Source of the DNA: Syntrophales bacterium
GTDB lineage: Bacteria > Desulfobacterota > Syntrophia > Syntrophales > Fen-1087
Length of the DNA stretch: 64,000 nt
Direction of reading: 5' to 3'
Assembly: GCA_034678725.1 (NCBI GenBank)
Contig: JAXDBM010000078.1
Location: 5,730-69,729 of the forward strand
Shown one piece after another: positions 38,062-54,018 of the stretch. How positions within the stretch are numbered: position 1 is the first letter of the stretch; each line of letters begins with the position of its first letter. Made by a program: the position numbers and the translations under genes. Under the pieces are notes generated by a model. It was not told where the DNA came from, did no database searches, and worked only from the letters and a program-made list of their open reading frames with translations.

Positions 38062-39971
38062 GCCAGGGATTTCTGCAGGATGCTCTCCTCTATCTGGCGG
38101 CGGCGATCGTTTTCGTCCCCATCGCCAAAAGGCTCGGCCTGGGATCGGTCCTGGGGTATCTGATCGGCGGGATCCTGATCGGCCCCTTCTTTCTCGGCTT
38201 CGTCGGCGGCGAGGGAAAAGACATCATGCACTTCGCCGAGTTCGGCGTCGTGATGATGCTCTTTCTGATTGGCCTGGAGCTGGAACCGGCCCATTTCTGG
38301 CGGATGCGACATCTCGTCGTCGGAACGGGTTCGCTTCAGCTCGGACTGACAACGCTGCTCTTTTTCGCGGCTTTTCTCGCGATCGGTTTCACCTGGCAGG
38401 CATCTCTGGCCGTCGGGCTGGCGCTCTCCATGTCCTCGACGGCGATCGTCCTGCAGACCCTGCGGGAGAAGGGGCTGGAGCAGACGCAATCGGGGCGAAG
38501 CTCCTTTGCCGTCCTTCTTTTCCAGGACATTGCCGTCATCCCCATTCTGGCTGTCCTGCCGCTCCTCGCGCTTGCCTCCGCACAGGCGCCTTCCGGAGAA
38601 CACGCCACGTTCATTCAGGGGCTGCCCGGCTGGGCGCAGACGCTCGCCCTGCTTGGCGCAGTCGGGCTGGTGATCCTCAGCGGCCGGTTCATCATTGTCC
38701 CCTTCCTGAGGTTCATCGCCCGCGTCCGTCTTCGGGAACTCTTCACGGCCTCTGCTCTCTTCATCGTGATGGCGACAGCCTATGTCATGGTTCTGGTGGG
38801 GCTCAGCCCCGCCCTGGGGACATTTCTGGCCGGCGTCGTCCTGGCCAACAGCGAATACCGGCATGAGCTGGAAAGCGACATCGAACCCTTCAAGGGCATC
38901 CTCCTCGGCCTGTTCTTCATCACCGTCGGGGCATCGATCAACTTCAGCCTGATTGTCAACAATCCTCTGCAAATAACGGCCCTCGTGCTCGGGGCAGTCC
39001 TCGTCAAATCCGCCGTGCTGGCGCTGACGGGCAGGGTGAGCCGGCTGACCTTCGACCAGAACGTCCTGTTCACGCTCGGGCTGAGCCAGGTCGGCGAGTT
39101 CGCCTTTGTCCTCTTTTCCTTCATGCACCAGCTTCAGATCCTGCCTGCCGATTGGACGGACAGGATGATGGGCGTCACCGCCATCAGCATGACCGTTACG
39201 CCCCTGCTCCTGCTCGTCAACGAGCGTTTTATCCTCCCCCGCTTCGGCACCCTTGAAAAGGCGGAAAGGGAGGCCGACGCCATCGACCGGCAGCACCCCG
39301 TCATCATCGCCGGCTTCGGCCATTTCGGCGGCGTGGTGGCGAGGTTCCTCAAAGCGAACGGGGTCCGGGCGACGATTCTCGACAACGATTCCGACCGGGT
39401 GGATCTCCTGAGAAAGATGGGCTTCAAGGTCTTCTACGGCGATGCCACGCGGATCGACATTCTCAAGTCCGCCGGCGCCGAACAGGCCCGGCTCCTGATC
39501 GCCGCCATCGGGTCGCCGGACATCAACTACGATCTCGTGGAAAAAACGCAGAAGCTCTTTCCCAACCTCACCATCATGGTCCGCGCCGCGAATCGCCAGG
39601 ACGCCTACGATTACATCGACGCGGGAATCCGGGACATCTACCGGGAATCCCTCGACACCGCCGTGCGCCTGGGAATCGACGTCCTGGTCAAACTCGGCTA
39701 CCGGAAATACACCGCGACCCGCGCCGGCCAGAATTTTATCCGCTACGACGAAGCGGCCATGCACAAACTGGCGTTGCACCGTCACGATGAAAGCGCCTAC
39801 ATCTCCAAGTCCCGGGAAGAGATCCGGATGCAACAGCAACTGCTGGCGAGTGACCGCGAGATCAACCCGACTGTGAACGACCATGCCTGGGACAGCGATG
39901 TGTTTGTAGACCGGTTCAAGGACGATGCGAGGAAGGAAGAAAACAAAAAGGACCCGTCCCGGAAGCCGTAG
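38058..39971 (+). CDS. kefC: KefC/KefB-type K+/H+ antiporter (CPA2 with a KTN domain)
   Basis: LGSVLGYL, AEFGVV, STAIV, HELESDIEPFKG, SQVGEFAFV, IIAGFG.FG, YGDATR. Confidence 0.92.
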   Translation: MSQGFLQDALLYLAAAIVFVPIAKRLGLGSVLGYLIGGILIGPFFLGFVGGEGKDIMHFAEFGVVMMLFLIGLELEPAHFWRMRHLVVGTGSLQLGLTTLLFFAAFLAIGFTWQASLAVGLALSMSSTAIVLQTLREKGLEQTQSGRSSFAVLLFQDIAVIPILAVLPLLALASAQAPSGEHATFIQGLPGWAQTLALLGAVGLVILSGRFIIVPFLRFIARVRLRELFTASALFIVMATAYVMVLVGLSPALGTFLAGVVLANSEYRHELESDIEPFKGILLGLFFITVGASINFSLIVNNPLQITALVLGAVLVKSAVLALTGRVSRLTFDQNVLFTLGLSQVGEFAFVLFSFMHQLQILPADWTDRMMGVTAISMTVTPLLLLVNERFILPRFGTLEKAEREADAIDRQHPVIIAGFGHFGGVVARFLKANGVRATILDNDSDRVDLLRKMGFKVFYGDATRIDILKSAGAEQARLLIAAIGSPDINYDLVEKTQKLFPNLTIMVRAANRQDAYDYIDAGIRDIYRESLDTAVRLGIDVLVKLGYRKYTATRAGQNFIRYDEAAMHKLALHRHDESAYISKSREEIRMQQQLLASDREINPTVNDHAWDSDVFVDRFKDDARKEENKKDPSRKP

Positions 39972-40045
39972 TGTATTCGTCGAGCGGACCGGACGCCGCC
40001 ATTTCGCCGCAGGGACGGACTGTTACAATAGCCACAGGAGCGACG

Positions 40046-40582
40046 ATGGAATTCATCCCCGATGATCTGCTGAAAAAGTGCATGCAACTGGTTCAATTCA
40101 CGCATCGAAAAATCGGGACGAGAACCCTGCCCGCCAAGGTGTCCTTCTCGAACCCGGGCAACATGATGGCCCTGGCCGCCATGGAGCGGACGACGGCGGT
40201 CCTGAAGCGTGCCCGGCTCAACGCGAAAATGGCCTTGGTCCTGCGGACCGTCCTGCTGGCGTTTCCCGTCCTCGCCTGGATTTATCACAACTACTGGATA
40301 CTGGCCGGCATCATCGTCATCATCGGCATCGAGCGGTCGATGATCCGGCAGGAGCGGGAGGACTGGATGTATCTCGCATCGGTCCTGTTGAGCCTGGAGA
40401 TGCTGGTTCATGATTTCGCCGGCTGGGGGAGAGCGCATCCGGAGGCGCGCAAACGGGCGTCTGAAATCCTGGGCAGGAAAATCAACTGGCTGGAATACTA
40501 CCTGCCGCGCCGCCATGAACTGGACCCCGCCCGGCTGAGGGAATTCGGGCCGAAGGTGGCGGCCGGTGCCGGAGGGCTATAG
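40046..40582 (+). CDS. Hypothetical membrane protein (2 TM)
   Basis: AGGAG RBS upstream of ATG 40046; hydrophobic hairpin; no family recognised. Confidence 0.65.
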   Translation: MEFIPDDLLKKCMQLVQFTHRKIGTRTLPAKVSFSNPGNMMALAAMERTTAVLKRARLNAKMALVLRTVLLAFPVLAWIYHNYWILAGIIVIIGIERSMIRQEREDWMYLASVLLSLEMLVHDFAGWGRAHPEARKRASEILGRKINWLEYYLPRRHELDPARLREFGPKVAAGAGGL

Positions 40583-40584
40583 TA

Positions 40585-40617
40585 CCGATGCCGGCTTCAC
40601 CCGGAAGCCAGCATCGG
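40585..40617. terminator. GC-rich hairpin immediately after the hypothetical gene
   Basis: CCGATGC/GCATCGG plus GGCTTC/GAAGCC; no U-tract. Confidence 0.4.
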
Positions 40618-40838
40618 ACGAAACTGCCTTCGACCCTGTTTCGACCGACGCGTTGGTTTTTTTCCGGGGTCAGGCCGGAACCCCTTTTCCCGATTCCGTC
40701 TTGAAAACGGACTCCTGAGTTGCGGCCATCCTGCCGTCAATTTGTTTGACAAAACCGCTGAACCTGATATAGAAGCGGGCGATATTTGACGGTTTCTTCC
40801 ACACAGACGATGAAATATCCTTCGAGGAAAATCAGGAG

Positions 40839-42155
40839 ATGAAAAGAATCAACCTGGGCTTGATCGGTTTCGGCACCATCGGCAGCGGCGTGGTGAAACT
40901 CCTGCAGCAGAGCGGCGAGTTGATCGAAAAACGGCTGGGCGCAAGGCTCGTGCTGAAAAGGATCGCTGATCTGGACGTCACGACCCCGCGCGTGGTCCCC
41001 GTGAAAAAGAGAATACTCACCACCGATGCCCGGTCGATCCTGACCGATCCCGACATCCACATCGTCATCGAGCTGATGGGGGGCCACGAACCGGCCCGCA
41101 CCTTCATTCTGGAAGCCATGCACCGCAAGAAGCATGTCGTCACCGCCAACAAGGCGCTCTTGGCCACCCACGGCAACGAGATCTTCAGGGTCGCGGAGAA
41201 GGAGGGGGTGGACATCGGGTTCGAGGCCAGCGTGGGCGGGACGATCCCGGTGATCAAGACCCTCAAGGAATCGCTGGTGGCCAACCGGATCAAATCCATT
41301 TTCGGCATCCTGAACGGGACCTCGAACTACATCCTCTCGAAGATGACCGACGAGGGCAAGGCCTTCGATGTCGTTTTGAAGGAGGCACAGGCACTGGGCT
41401 TCGCCGAGGCCGACCCCACCTTCGACATCGAGGGGGTGGATGCGGCCCACAAGCTGGCCATCACCCTGTCGCTGGCCTACGGCAAAAAAGTGAATTTCGA
41501 CGACCTTTACCGGGAAGGCATTTCCGGCATCAGCCAACAGGATATCGAATTCGCGAAGGAGCTGGGCTACCGGATCAAGCTCCTGGCCATCGCGATCCGG
41601 CACGAAAACGCCGTGGAAGCCAGGCTGCATCCCACGATGATTCCCTTCGACCACCTTCTGGCCAGCGTGAACGGAAACTACAACGCCTTTCACATCACCG
41701 GCGACGCGGCGGATTCCGTCTTTCTCTACGGCCAGGGGGCAGGCATGATGCCCACGGCCAGCGCCGTAATGAGCGATATCGTGGACATTTCCCGGCAACT
41801 CCTGAAGGGCGTGTCGGGATGCGTCCCCTCGCGCTCGCTTCGGGAGTCGATCATCGAGGACATTTGCCTGATGCCCTTCGACGACATCGAAACCACCTAT
41901 TATTTCCGTTTTTCCGCCGTGGACCAGCCGGGCGTGCTCTCCAGGATCTCAGGCATTCTGGGAAAGTGCAACATCAGCATCGCCTCGGTGATCCAGAAAG
42001 GGCGGAAGCAGGGCGGCGGCGCCGTCCCGGTCGTCATGACCACCCACAAGGCTCGGGAACGGAATGTCCGCAAGGCCCTGCGCGAGATCGACCGTCTGGA
42101 CATTGTGCAGGACAAAACGGTCCTGATCCGGATCGAGGACGAGGAGCGCCGATGA
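40839..42155 (+). CDS. hom: Homoserine dehydrogenase with a C-terminal ACT domain
   Basis: GFGTIGSG, VVTANKA, FEASVGGTIP, GILNGTSNYIL, GFAEADP.FDIEG.DAAHK, GAG.MPTASAV, DQPGVL. Confidence 0.96.
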   Translation: MKRINLGLIGFGTIGSGVVKLLQQSGELIEKRLGARLVLKRIADLDVTTPRVVPVKKRILTTDARSILTDPDIHIVIELMGGHEPARTFILEAMHRKKHVVTANKALLATHGNEIFRVAEKEGVDIGFEASVGGTIPVIKTLKESLVANRIKSIFGILNGTSNYILSKMTDEGKAFDVVLKEAQALGFAEADPTFDIEGVDAAHKLAITLSLAYGKKVNFDDLYREGISGISQQDIEFAKELGYRIKLLAIAIRHENAVEARLHPTMIPFDHLLASVNGNYNAFHITGDAADSVFLYGQGAGMMPTASAVMSDIVDISRQLLKGVSGCVPSRSLRESIIEDICLMPFDDIETTYYFRFSAVDQPGVLSRISGILGKCNISIASVIQKGRKQGGGAVPVVMTTHKARERNVRKALREIDRLDIVQDKTVLIRIEDEERR

Positions 42156-43381
42156 AGTACATCATTCTGCTGGGCGACGGGATGAACGACGATCCCGTCG
42201 AGGCGCTGGGCGGCAAGACACCGCTCGAATTCGCCCGCACGCCGAACCTGGACCGCATGGCCGGCGATGGGACGCTGGGCCGGATCGACACCATTCCGGC
42301 CGGTCTCAAGCCGGGCAGCGACGTGGCCAACCTCTCCGTGCTGGGCTATAATCCGGTCGAATGCTATGCGGGCCGGGGACCGCTCGAAGCGGCCAACATG
42401 GGCGTCTCGCTGGGGCCGGACGACATCGCCTTTCGCTGCAACCTGGTGACCCTGGGGCCGGAGCCGGACCCGGTCATGGTGGATTTCACCGCCGGCCACA
42501 TCAGCTCCGAAGAGGCCACCCGCGTCATCGCCGACCTCGACAAGTCCCTGGGCGGGGCTTCGTTTCAGTTCTATCCCGGTGTCAGCTACCGGCACCTGAT
42601 GGTCTGGCGAAACGGCAGGGACCGCCTGGAGACGACGCCTCCCCATGACATCACCGGAAAGGCGACCGCCGCCTATCTGCCCAGAGGGGAGGGCGAAGCG
42701 GAGGTCAACGACCTGATGCGGCGCTCCCGGGAGGTCCTTCAGAGTCACCCGGTAAGCCGTGCACGGCTTGCCGCCGGAAAGAAGCCGCCCACTTCGATCT
42801 GGCTTTGGGGGCAGGGCAGGGCGCCCCGAATGATCCGGCTGACCGATCACTATGGATTCCGGGGCGGCGTGATCTCGGCGGTGGACCTTCTGAACGGAAT
42901 CGGGGTTTACGCCGGCCTGCAGGTGATCCGCGTGCCCGGAGCGACAGGATATACGGACACCAATTACGTTGGAAAAGCGGAGGCGGCACTCGCCGCCCTG
43001 AGGGAGATGGATTTCGTCTTCGTCCACGTGGAAGCGCCCGATGAAATGAGCCATGAAGGCAATCTGGAGGGGAAAATACAGGCCATCGAAGACTTTGACT
43101 ACAAGGTCGTGGGCACCGTCCTGAAGGGGATCGGAGCGTTCGCCGACTGGCGCGTCATGGCCCTGAGCGACCACCCGACCCCGCTGAAGATCCGCACGCA
43201 CGCGGCGGACCCCAGCGCCTTTGCCGTGCTGTCTTCTTCCGCCCGCGAGAATCTGAAAAAGGGGGTGTCGTTCCATGAAAAGGACGCCCGCGCCGGCGGC
43301 ATCCTGATCAGCCCGGGCCATCGCCTCATGGAACTGTTCATCAGAAGCTGGAATACATTTATTGCGGATAACCGTCCGTAA
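42152..43381 (+). CDS. apgM: ApgM-like cofactor-independent phosphoglycerate mutase family protein (proposed homoserine kinase analog)
   Basis: LGDGM, TPNLD, PGSDVANL, GRGPLEA, FRCNL, YRHL, HVEAPDEMSHEG, SDHPTP; ATGA overlap with hom. Confidence 0.85.
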   Translation: MKYIILLGDGMNDDPVEALGGKTPLEFARTPNLDRMAGDGTLGRIDTIPAGLKPGSDVANLSVLGYNPVECYAGRGPLEAANMGVSLGPDDIAFRCNLVTLGPEPDPVMVDFTAGHISSEEATRVIADLDKSLGGASFQFYPGVSYRHLMVWRNGRDRLETTPPHDITGKATAAYLPRGEGEAEVNDLMRRSREVLQSHPVSRARLAAGKKPPTSIWLWGQGRAPRMIRLTDHYGFRGGVISAVDLLNGIGVYAGLQVIRVPGATGYTDTNYVGKAEAALAALREMDFVFVHVEAPDEMSHEGNLEGKIQAIEDFDYKVVGTVLKGIGAFADWRVMALSDHPTPLKIRTHAADPSAFAVLSSSARENLKKGVSFHEKDARAGGILISPGHRLMELFIRSWNTFIADNRP

Positions 43382-43419
43382 GCTCCGCGTGATCCATGCG
43401 GAAAACATAAGGAGAGCAC

Positions 43420-44076
43420 ATGGCGGGAAAGTTATCGAAACAGGAGCTGAAAGAACCGGATAAATTTCAGGTCATGCTGGCGAAAGGCATGACCTGGCTG
43501 ACGGAGCACAAGCAGAAGATCTACATCGCTTCGGGCGTTGTGACCGTCGTTCTGCTCGTTGCCGCGGGCTGGTATATCTACAGCCTCAACTATGAAAAGA
43601 GCGCCCAGCAGATCTACGCCCGTGTTTACGGATCGCCCGCGCCGGAAAACCCGGCCGCGGTCTACAAGGAAGTCATCTCCCAGCATCCCCGCAGTCATGC
43701 GGCAGCCCTCGCCCATTACCGGCTGGCCAACATCCATTACCAGCAGAATGACTTCGATGCCGCCATCAAGGCATATGAATCGTTTCTTGAAAAGACCCCC
43801 GACCGGAGTGATCTGAAGCCGCTGGCATACGCCGGACTGGGCTATTGCTACGAATCGAAAAACGACCTCAAGAGCGCCCTGGCCAATTTCGAGAAGGCGG
43901 CAAGCCTGAAATCGGGACAGGCCCTTGAGGGAATGAATCACCAGAACATCGCCCGCATCTACGAAGCCATGAACGACCGACCGAAGGCGCTGGAGCACTA
44001 CCAGAAGGCGCTCGGCAAGAGTGTCGATCCCGCGACCGATCTGCTGATCAAGCGAAAAATTGCGACGCTGAGCTGA
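43420..44076 (+). CDS. YfgM-like membrane-anchored TPR protein
   Basis: KQELKEPDKF N-terminus, one TM, then TPR repeats. Confidence 0.8.
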   Translation: MAGKLSKQELKEPDKFQVMLAKGMTWLTEHKQKIYIASGVVTVVLLVAAGWYIYSLNYEKSAQQIYARVYGSPAPENPAAVYKEVISQHPRSHAAALAHYRLANIHYQQNDFDAAIKAYESFLEKTPDRSDLKPLAYAGLGYCYESKNDLKSALANFEKAASLKSGQALEGMNHQNIARIYEAMNDRPKALEHYQKALGKSVDPATDLLIKRKIATLS

Positions 44077-44096
44077 GCTCGCGAAGGAGATTTTTT

Positions 44097-45902
44097 ATGT
44101 CTGTTTTGATGTCTGGAAACGAGGCGATCGCCAGAGGCGCCTACGAGTGCGGGGTGCGTTTCGCATCCGGGTATCCGGGGACCCCCAGCACGGAGATCAT
44201 GGAGGCTTTCGCCCGATACGACGGCGTCTATGCCGAATGGGCCCCCAACGAAAAGGTGGCCCTGGAGGTGGGCATCGGCGCCGCGCTGGCCGGCGCAAAG
44301 GCCCTGGTCACCATGAAGCACGTGGGGGTCAACGTGGCGGCCGATCCTCTGTTCACGGCCAGCTACACGGGCACGAACGGGGCCCTGGTGATCATATCGG
44401 CGGACGACCCTTCCCTGCACAGTTCGCAGAACGAGCAGGACAACCGGAATTACGCGAAATTCGCCAAAGTTCCCATGCTGGAACCGGCCGATTCGGACGA
44501 GGCAAAGCGGTTCGTCAAGCTGGCCTTCGAGATCAGCGAAAAATTCGACACGCCGGTTTTCCTGCGGCCCACGACGCGCGTCGCCCATTCCAAGTCCGTC
44601 GTCGAAACCGAAGCGCCGAAGGCGGTGGAGGACCGGACGGCCATTCAAATCAACGCCGCCAAATACGTCATGGTCCCCATCAATGCCCGCGCGCGCCGGT
44701 TGGAGGTCGAAAAGCGGACGCTCGCGCTTCGGGAATTCGCCGAGACCTTTTCCGAAAACCGGATGGAGATCAACGGCACGGAGGTCGGAATCATCACGGC
44801 GGGCATCCCCTATCATTACGCCAAGGATGTCTTTCCCGAATATTCCTACCTGAAGCTCGGCATGGTCCACCCCTTGCCGGTCCGGATGATCCGTGAATTC
44901 GCGTCCCGGGTGAAAAAGCTCTACGTGGTCGAGGAACTTGACCCCTTCATCGAGGAGCAGGTCCGGGCCATGGGCATCGCCGTCACCGGAAAGGAGGTCT
45001 TTCCCTACACCAACGAATTCGATCCCGGCGTGATTGAAAAGGCCATCCGCGGCGAGGCCGGGAAACCGCTGAGCCTGCATGCCATTGCCATCCCGCCGCG
45101 GCCGCCCAACCTCTGTCCGGGCTGCCCCCATCGCGGGCTCTTTTATGTCCTGGGAAAAATGAAGGCCTTCGTGACGGGCGACATCGGCTGCTATACGCTG
45201 TCCTACATGAAGCCGCTGGAAGGCCTGCATTCCTGCGTCTGCATGGGGGCCAGCATCGGCATGGCCCACGGCATGAGCAAGGCGCTGAAGGAGAAGGGAA
45301 AGGGAAAAGTGGTAGGGGTGATCGGCGACTCGACCTTCATTCATTCCGGAATCACGCCGCTGCTGAACCTGGCCTACAACAAGGGCGATGCCGTCATCGT
45401 CATCGCGGACAACCGGACCACGGCCATGACGGGCATGCAGGAGCATCCGGCAACCGGCTTCACCCTTCAGGGTGAGCAGACCGGCCAATTGAATTTTGCG
45501 GAACTGGCCTCCACCCTGGGCATCAAAAGCGTCCGCACCATCGACCCCTACGACATCAAACAGACGCGGACCGTCATGAAAGAGGAACTGGCCAGACCGG
45601 GTGCGTCGGTAGTGATTTCCAACCGGTCCTGCGTCCTGTTCAAGAGGCACCAGACGGGACCGCAGAAACCCCTTCGCGTCGATCCCGCAAAGTGCATCGG
45701 ATGCAAGGTCTGCCTCGGCCTCGGCTGCCCGCCGATTTCCTGGAGGAAGTTCGAGGACATGCCGGAAAGCGAGATCCGCAAGAACGCAAAGAAACAGGAG
45801 GGCCATTCCGTCATTGATCGGAGTCTCTGCAACGGCTGCACGGTATGTCAGCAGCTCTGCAAGGCCGGCGCCATCGGAGAGGAGGATAACGCTCATGAAT
45901 GA
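44097..45902 (+). CDS. iorA: Indolepyruvate:ferredoxin oxidoreductase alpha subunit
   Basis: SGNEAIARG, GYPGTPSTE, NEKVALE, MKHVG, HSSQNEQD, PNLCPGCPHR, GDIGCY, GDSTF.HSG, C-terminal 2x[4Fe-4S]. Confidence 0.96.
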   Translation: MSVLMSGNEAIARGAYECGVRFASGYPGTPSTEIMEAFARYDGVYAEWAPNEKVALEVGIGAALAGAKALVTMKHVGVNVAADPLFTASYTGTNGALVIISADDPSLHSSQNEQDNRNYAKFAKVPMLEPADSDEAKRFVKLAFEISEKFDTPVFLRPTTRVAHSKSVVETEAPKAVEDRTAIQINAAKYVMVPINARARRLEVEKRTLALREFAETFSENRMEINGTEVGIITAGIPYHYAKDVFPEYSYLKLGMVHPLPVRMIREFASRVKKLYVVEELDPFIEEQVRAMGIAVTGKEVFPYTNEFDPGVIEKAIRGEAGKPLSLHAIAIPPRPPNLCPGCPHRGLFYVLGKMKAFVTGDIGCYTLSYMKPLEGLHSCVCMGASIGMAHGMSKALKEKGKGKVVGVIGDSTFIHSGITPLLNLAYNKGDAVIVIADNRTTAMTGMQEHPATGFTLQGEQTGQLNFAELASTLGIKSVRTIDPYDIKQTRTVMKEELARPGASVVISNRSCVLFKRHQTGPQKPLRVDPAKCIGCKVCLGLGCPPISWRKFEDMPESEIRKNAKKQEGHSVIDRSLCNGCTVCQQLCKAGAIGEEDNAHE

Positions 45903-46473
45903 CGAGGTTAGAAGCATACTTTTAGCCGGCGTCGGCGGCCAGGGCATCCTGCGGGCGAGCGACATCCTCTGCCTGGCCTTTATGGAATCCGGCCTGGATG
46001 TCAAGAAAAGCGAGGTGCACGGCATGGCCCAGCGGGGCGGCTGCGTCACCAGCCATGTCCGGTACGGGCGCAGGGTTCACTCGCCGATTGCGAAGAAGGG
46101 CGATGTGGACATCCTGGTGTCCTTTGAAAAGCTCGAGGCCCTGCGCTACCTGGACTATCTGAAGCCGGATGCATCGATCATCATCAATGAAGAGGAGATC
46201 TACCCGCCGTCGGTCAATCTCGGCGACGCGAAATACCCCGAACATATCGATGAAATGATCCGCCGCCACTTCAGGACGGTCAAAATGGTTGACGGCCCGG
46301 GGATTGCCCGCGCGGCCGGAAACAGCAGGGCCGTCAACACGGCTCTGCTGGGCGTCTTGGCCAACTTCCTCAGTATTCAGAGCGCTGTCTGGGAAAAGGT
46401 CCTGCGGGAGGCTTTTCCGGAGAAGGCGCTGAAGGCAAACCTGGAGGCCTTCCGTCTTGGCCGGTCAGCCTGA
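45895..46473 (+). CDS. iorB: Indolepyruvate:ferredoxin oxidoreductase beta subunit
   Basis: GVGGQG, SEVHGMAQRGG, FEKLEALR, N.ALLG. Confidence 0.95.
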   Translation: MNDEVRSILLAGVGGQGILRASDILCLAFMESGLDVKKSEVHGMAQRGGCVTSHVRYGRRVHSPIAKKGDVDILVSFEKLEALRYLDYLKPDASIIINEEEIYPPSVNLGDAKYPEHIDEMIRRHFRTVKMVDGPGIARAAGNSRAVNTALLGVLANFLSIQSAVWEKVLREAFPEKALKANLEAFRLGRSA

Positions 46474-46623
46474 CCATTCATTTTGTGCAAAGATTACCAT
46501 CACACTCGAAACAGTCTTGACCGCTGCATCGACGCCCCGCATTTTATGTTTTTTCAAAAATGTCGGGTGAAGGGGAGTGCCCCACAAACACCAATGATTT
46601 CAATTCATATTGCATGTCAGGTC

Positions 46624-46652
46624 TTGACATTTTCAGAATGGATGGGTATTTT
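46624..46652 (+). promoter_or_regulatory. sigma70-type promoter of the J-domain gene
   Basis: TTGACA-N17-TATTTT. Confidence 0.5.
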
Positions 46653-46695
46653 TTCAACAAAATCTCAAAGAATTTGAACATTTCCGAGGAGCTCA

Positions 46696-47655
46696 ATGGC
46701 AGAAGATTACTACAAGACGCTGGGCGTCGAAAAAAGCGCGACCGAAGAGGAAATCAAGAAGGCGTACCGGAAGCTCGCCATGAAATTCCATCCGGACCGC
46801 AATCCCGGAAACAAGCAGGCGGAAGAGAAATTCAAGAAGATCAGCGAAGCCTATGCTGTCCTGAGCGACCAGGAAAAACGAAAGCAATACGACAGTTTCG
46901 GCTCAGATGCCTTCCGGCAGCGCTACAGTCAGGAGGACATTTTCAGGAACTTCGACCTGAACGACATCCTGAGGGAATTCGGGTTCGGGGGATTCGGCGG
47001 CGGCAGAACCTCCCGCACATATACCACCGGGGGGCGTGGCGGACGCACCTACACCACCTACGGGCAGGGCGGCAGCGATGATCCCTTTGCCGATCTTTTC
47101 GGAGGGGGCCGGCAGTACAGCCAGATGCCTCGAAAAGGCCAGGATATAGAGTATAACCTTTCGATTACATTGGAAGAATCCGTATTCGGGGCAGAAAAGA
47201 AACTCGCACTGCAGAAGGAGGACCGCATCGAGGAGATCAACATCAAGATTCCGCCCGGAATCAGCAGCGGCAAGAAACTGCGCCTGGCGGGAAAGGGTTC
47301 GCCGGGATTCCATCAGGGTCCGCAGGGGGATCTTTACCTGAACATCACGGTCCAGCCGCATCCGATCTTCGCACGCGACGGAAACGACATTCATGTGGAA
47401 AAATCGGTCAGCTTTTCCCAGGCGGTGCTGGGAAGCAGCATCGACGTTCCGACGATCGACGGCACGATGAAGCGGATCAAGATTCCGGCCGGAACCCAGA
47501 ACAATACCAAGATCAGAATGAAGGGTTTCGGCGTACCCATCTTGAAGGGTGGAGGCAAGGGAGACCAGTTCGTGAAAATTTCCATTGACGTGCCGAAGAG
47601 GCTTTCGGACAAGCAGGCGCAGCTGGTCAGGAAACTGAGTGAGGAAGGGCTGTGA
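46696..47655 (+). CDS. Class B J-domain protein (CbpA/DnaJ2-like, no zinc finger)
   Basis: [15 protein letters not shown]-rich linker and DnaJ C-terminal domain; no CxxCxGxG repeats. Confidence 0.92.
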   Translation: MAEDYYKTLGVEKSATEEEIKKAYRKLAMKFHPDRNPGNKQAEEKFKKISEAYAVLSDQEKRKQYDSFGSDAFRQRYSQEDIFRNFDLNDILREFGFGGFGGGRTSRTYTTGGRGGRTYTTYGQGGSDDPFADLFGGGRQYSQMPRKGQDIEYNLSITLEESVFGAEKKLALQKEDRIEEINIKIPPGISSGKKLRLAGKGSPGFHQGPQGDLYLNITVQPHPIFARDGNDIHVEKSVSFSQAVLGSSIDVPTIDGTMKRIKIPAGTQNNTKIRMKGFGVPILKGGGKGDQFVKISIDVPKRLSDKQAQLVRKLSEEGL

Positions 47656-47755
47656 GACGAATTTACTCAAATGCCGTTGATCTCAAACAATCAATAGAAT
47701 GTCGTATAAGATATGTTATGTAAACTTTCAGATACACGCAATCCTGCCGCTTTCA

Positions 47756-48475
47756 TCATATCAGCTCCATCTCCCCCCAGACGCCAAGTTCCGTTCCCAT
47801 TATAATTAAAATCCCGAGAACGCCATTTATTTTGCATCCCCGGGAAATCGCCTTTCGAATGTCCGATTTTGATTTGCTGACGTTCCCGATTGCCGTCGCC
47901 GCCGCATCGGCAAGGGATGCTGAACGTGATTTTACGCATACCGCATCGGCCCTTCCGAGGCTTAACGATGGTCCGACTGTTGCCGATGACGTGCAGATAC
48001 CTGCGGGCATTTCAGACGGGCGCACTCTCAGGGCGATCTTCTCGCTCAGGGGCGAATCGCCTGCGAAAATTCCGACAGTAATATCTCTCAATGTATTCAA
48101 GAATATATCTCCTCCATTCTCAACAATTACATTAGGGTTATGCCGGAGAAGATCACGGCCGACATGTTCCGCAACGGCCCCGGCGACAGAGGCCATGGGG
48201 CCGACACCGGCCAAACTGGAGACGCTCAGCATGTCCCGGACGATGTCCGGCGCCAGGTGGTCCTGGTCAATCGGAGTGAGCGATGTCAAAAAATCGGGGT
48301 TTATTCTGATGTAAGATTCGAGATGGCCGCGGTATTTGTGAACCGATCGAAGCGCCACCTGCGTCAGGTCGGTATCCGAACTGATGTAAAGGTCCGTCTC
48401 ACGGACTTTTACCTGGTACGAGACCAGATCATGCCTGAAGATTTTGTTGCGGTAGGTTCTTTCGGTGAATCCCAT
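47756..48475 (-). CDS. UPF0280 / ApbE-like protein
   Basis: VRETDL, GVGPMASVAGA, VENGGDI, GICTSSATVGPSLSLGRADAV, ADAAATAIGN. Confidence 0.88.
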   Translation of the reverse strand: MGFTERTYRNKIFRHDLVSYQVKVRETDLYISSDTDLTQVALRSVHKYRGHLESYIRINPDFLTSLTPIDQDHLAPDIVRDMLSVSSLAGVGPMASVAGAVAEHVGRDLLRHNPNVIVENGGDIFLNTLRDITVGIFAGDSPLSEKIALRVRPSEMPAGICTSSATVGPSLSLGRADAVCVKSRSASLADAAATAIGNVSKSKSDIRKAISRGCKINGVLGILIIMGTELGVWGEMELI

Positions 48476-48491
48476 GAATGATCCGGCTTTT

Positions 48492-51998
<3,507 letters not shown>

Positions 51999-52002
51999 CG
52001 GG

Positions 52003-54007
<2,005 letters not shown>

Positions 54008-54018
54008 GGAACCTGTGC

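Noticed and set aside
40774-40842. Short uORF (MKYPSRKIRR) before hom as a possible Thr/Met attenuator
   Set aside because: No Thr/Ile/Met codon cluster and no terminator.
46474-46695. Heat-shock operator (CIRCE) upstream of the J-domain gene
   Set aside because: TTAGCACTC-N9-GAGTGCTAA is not present.
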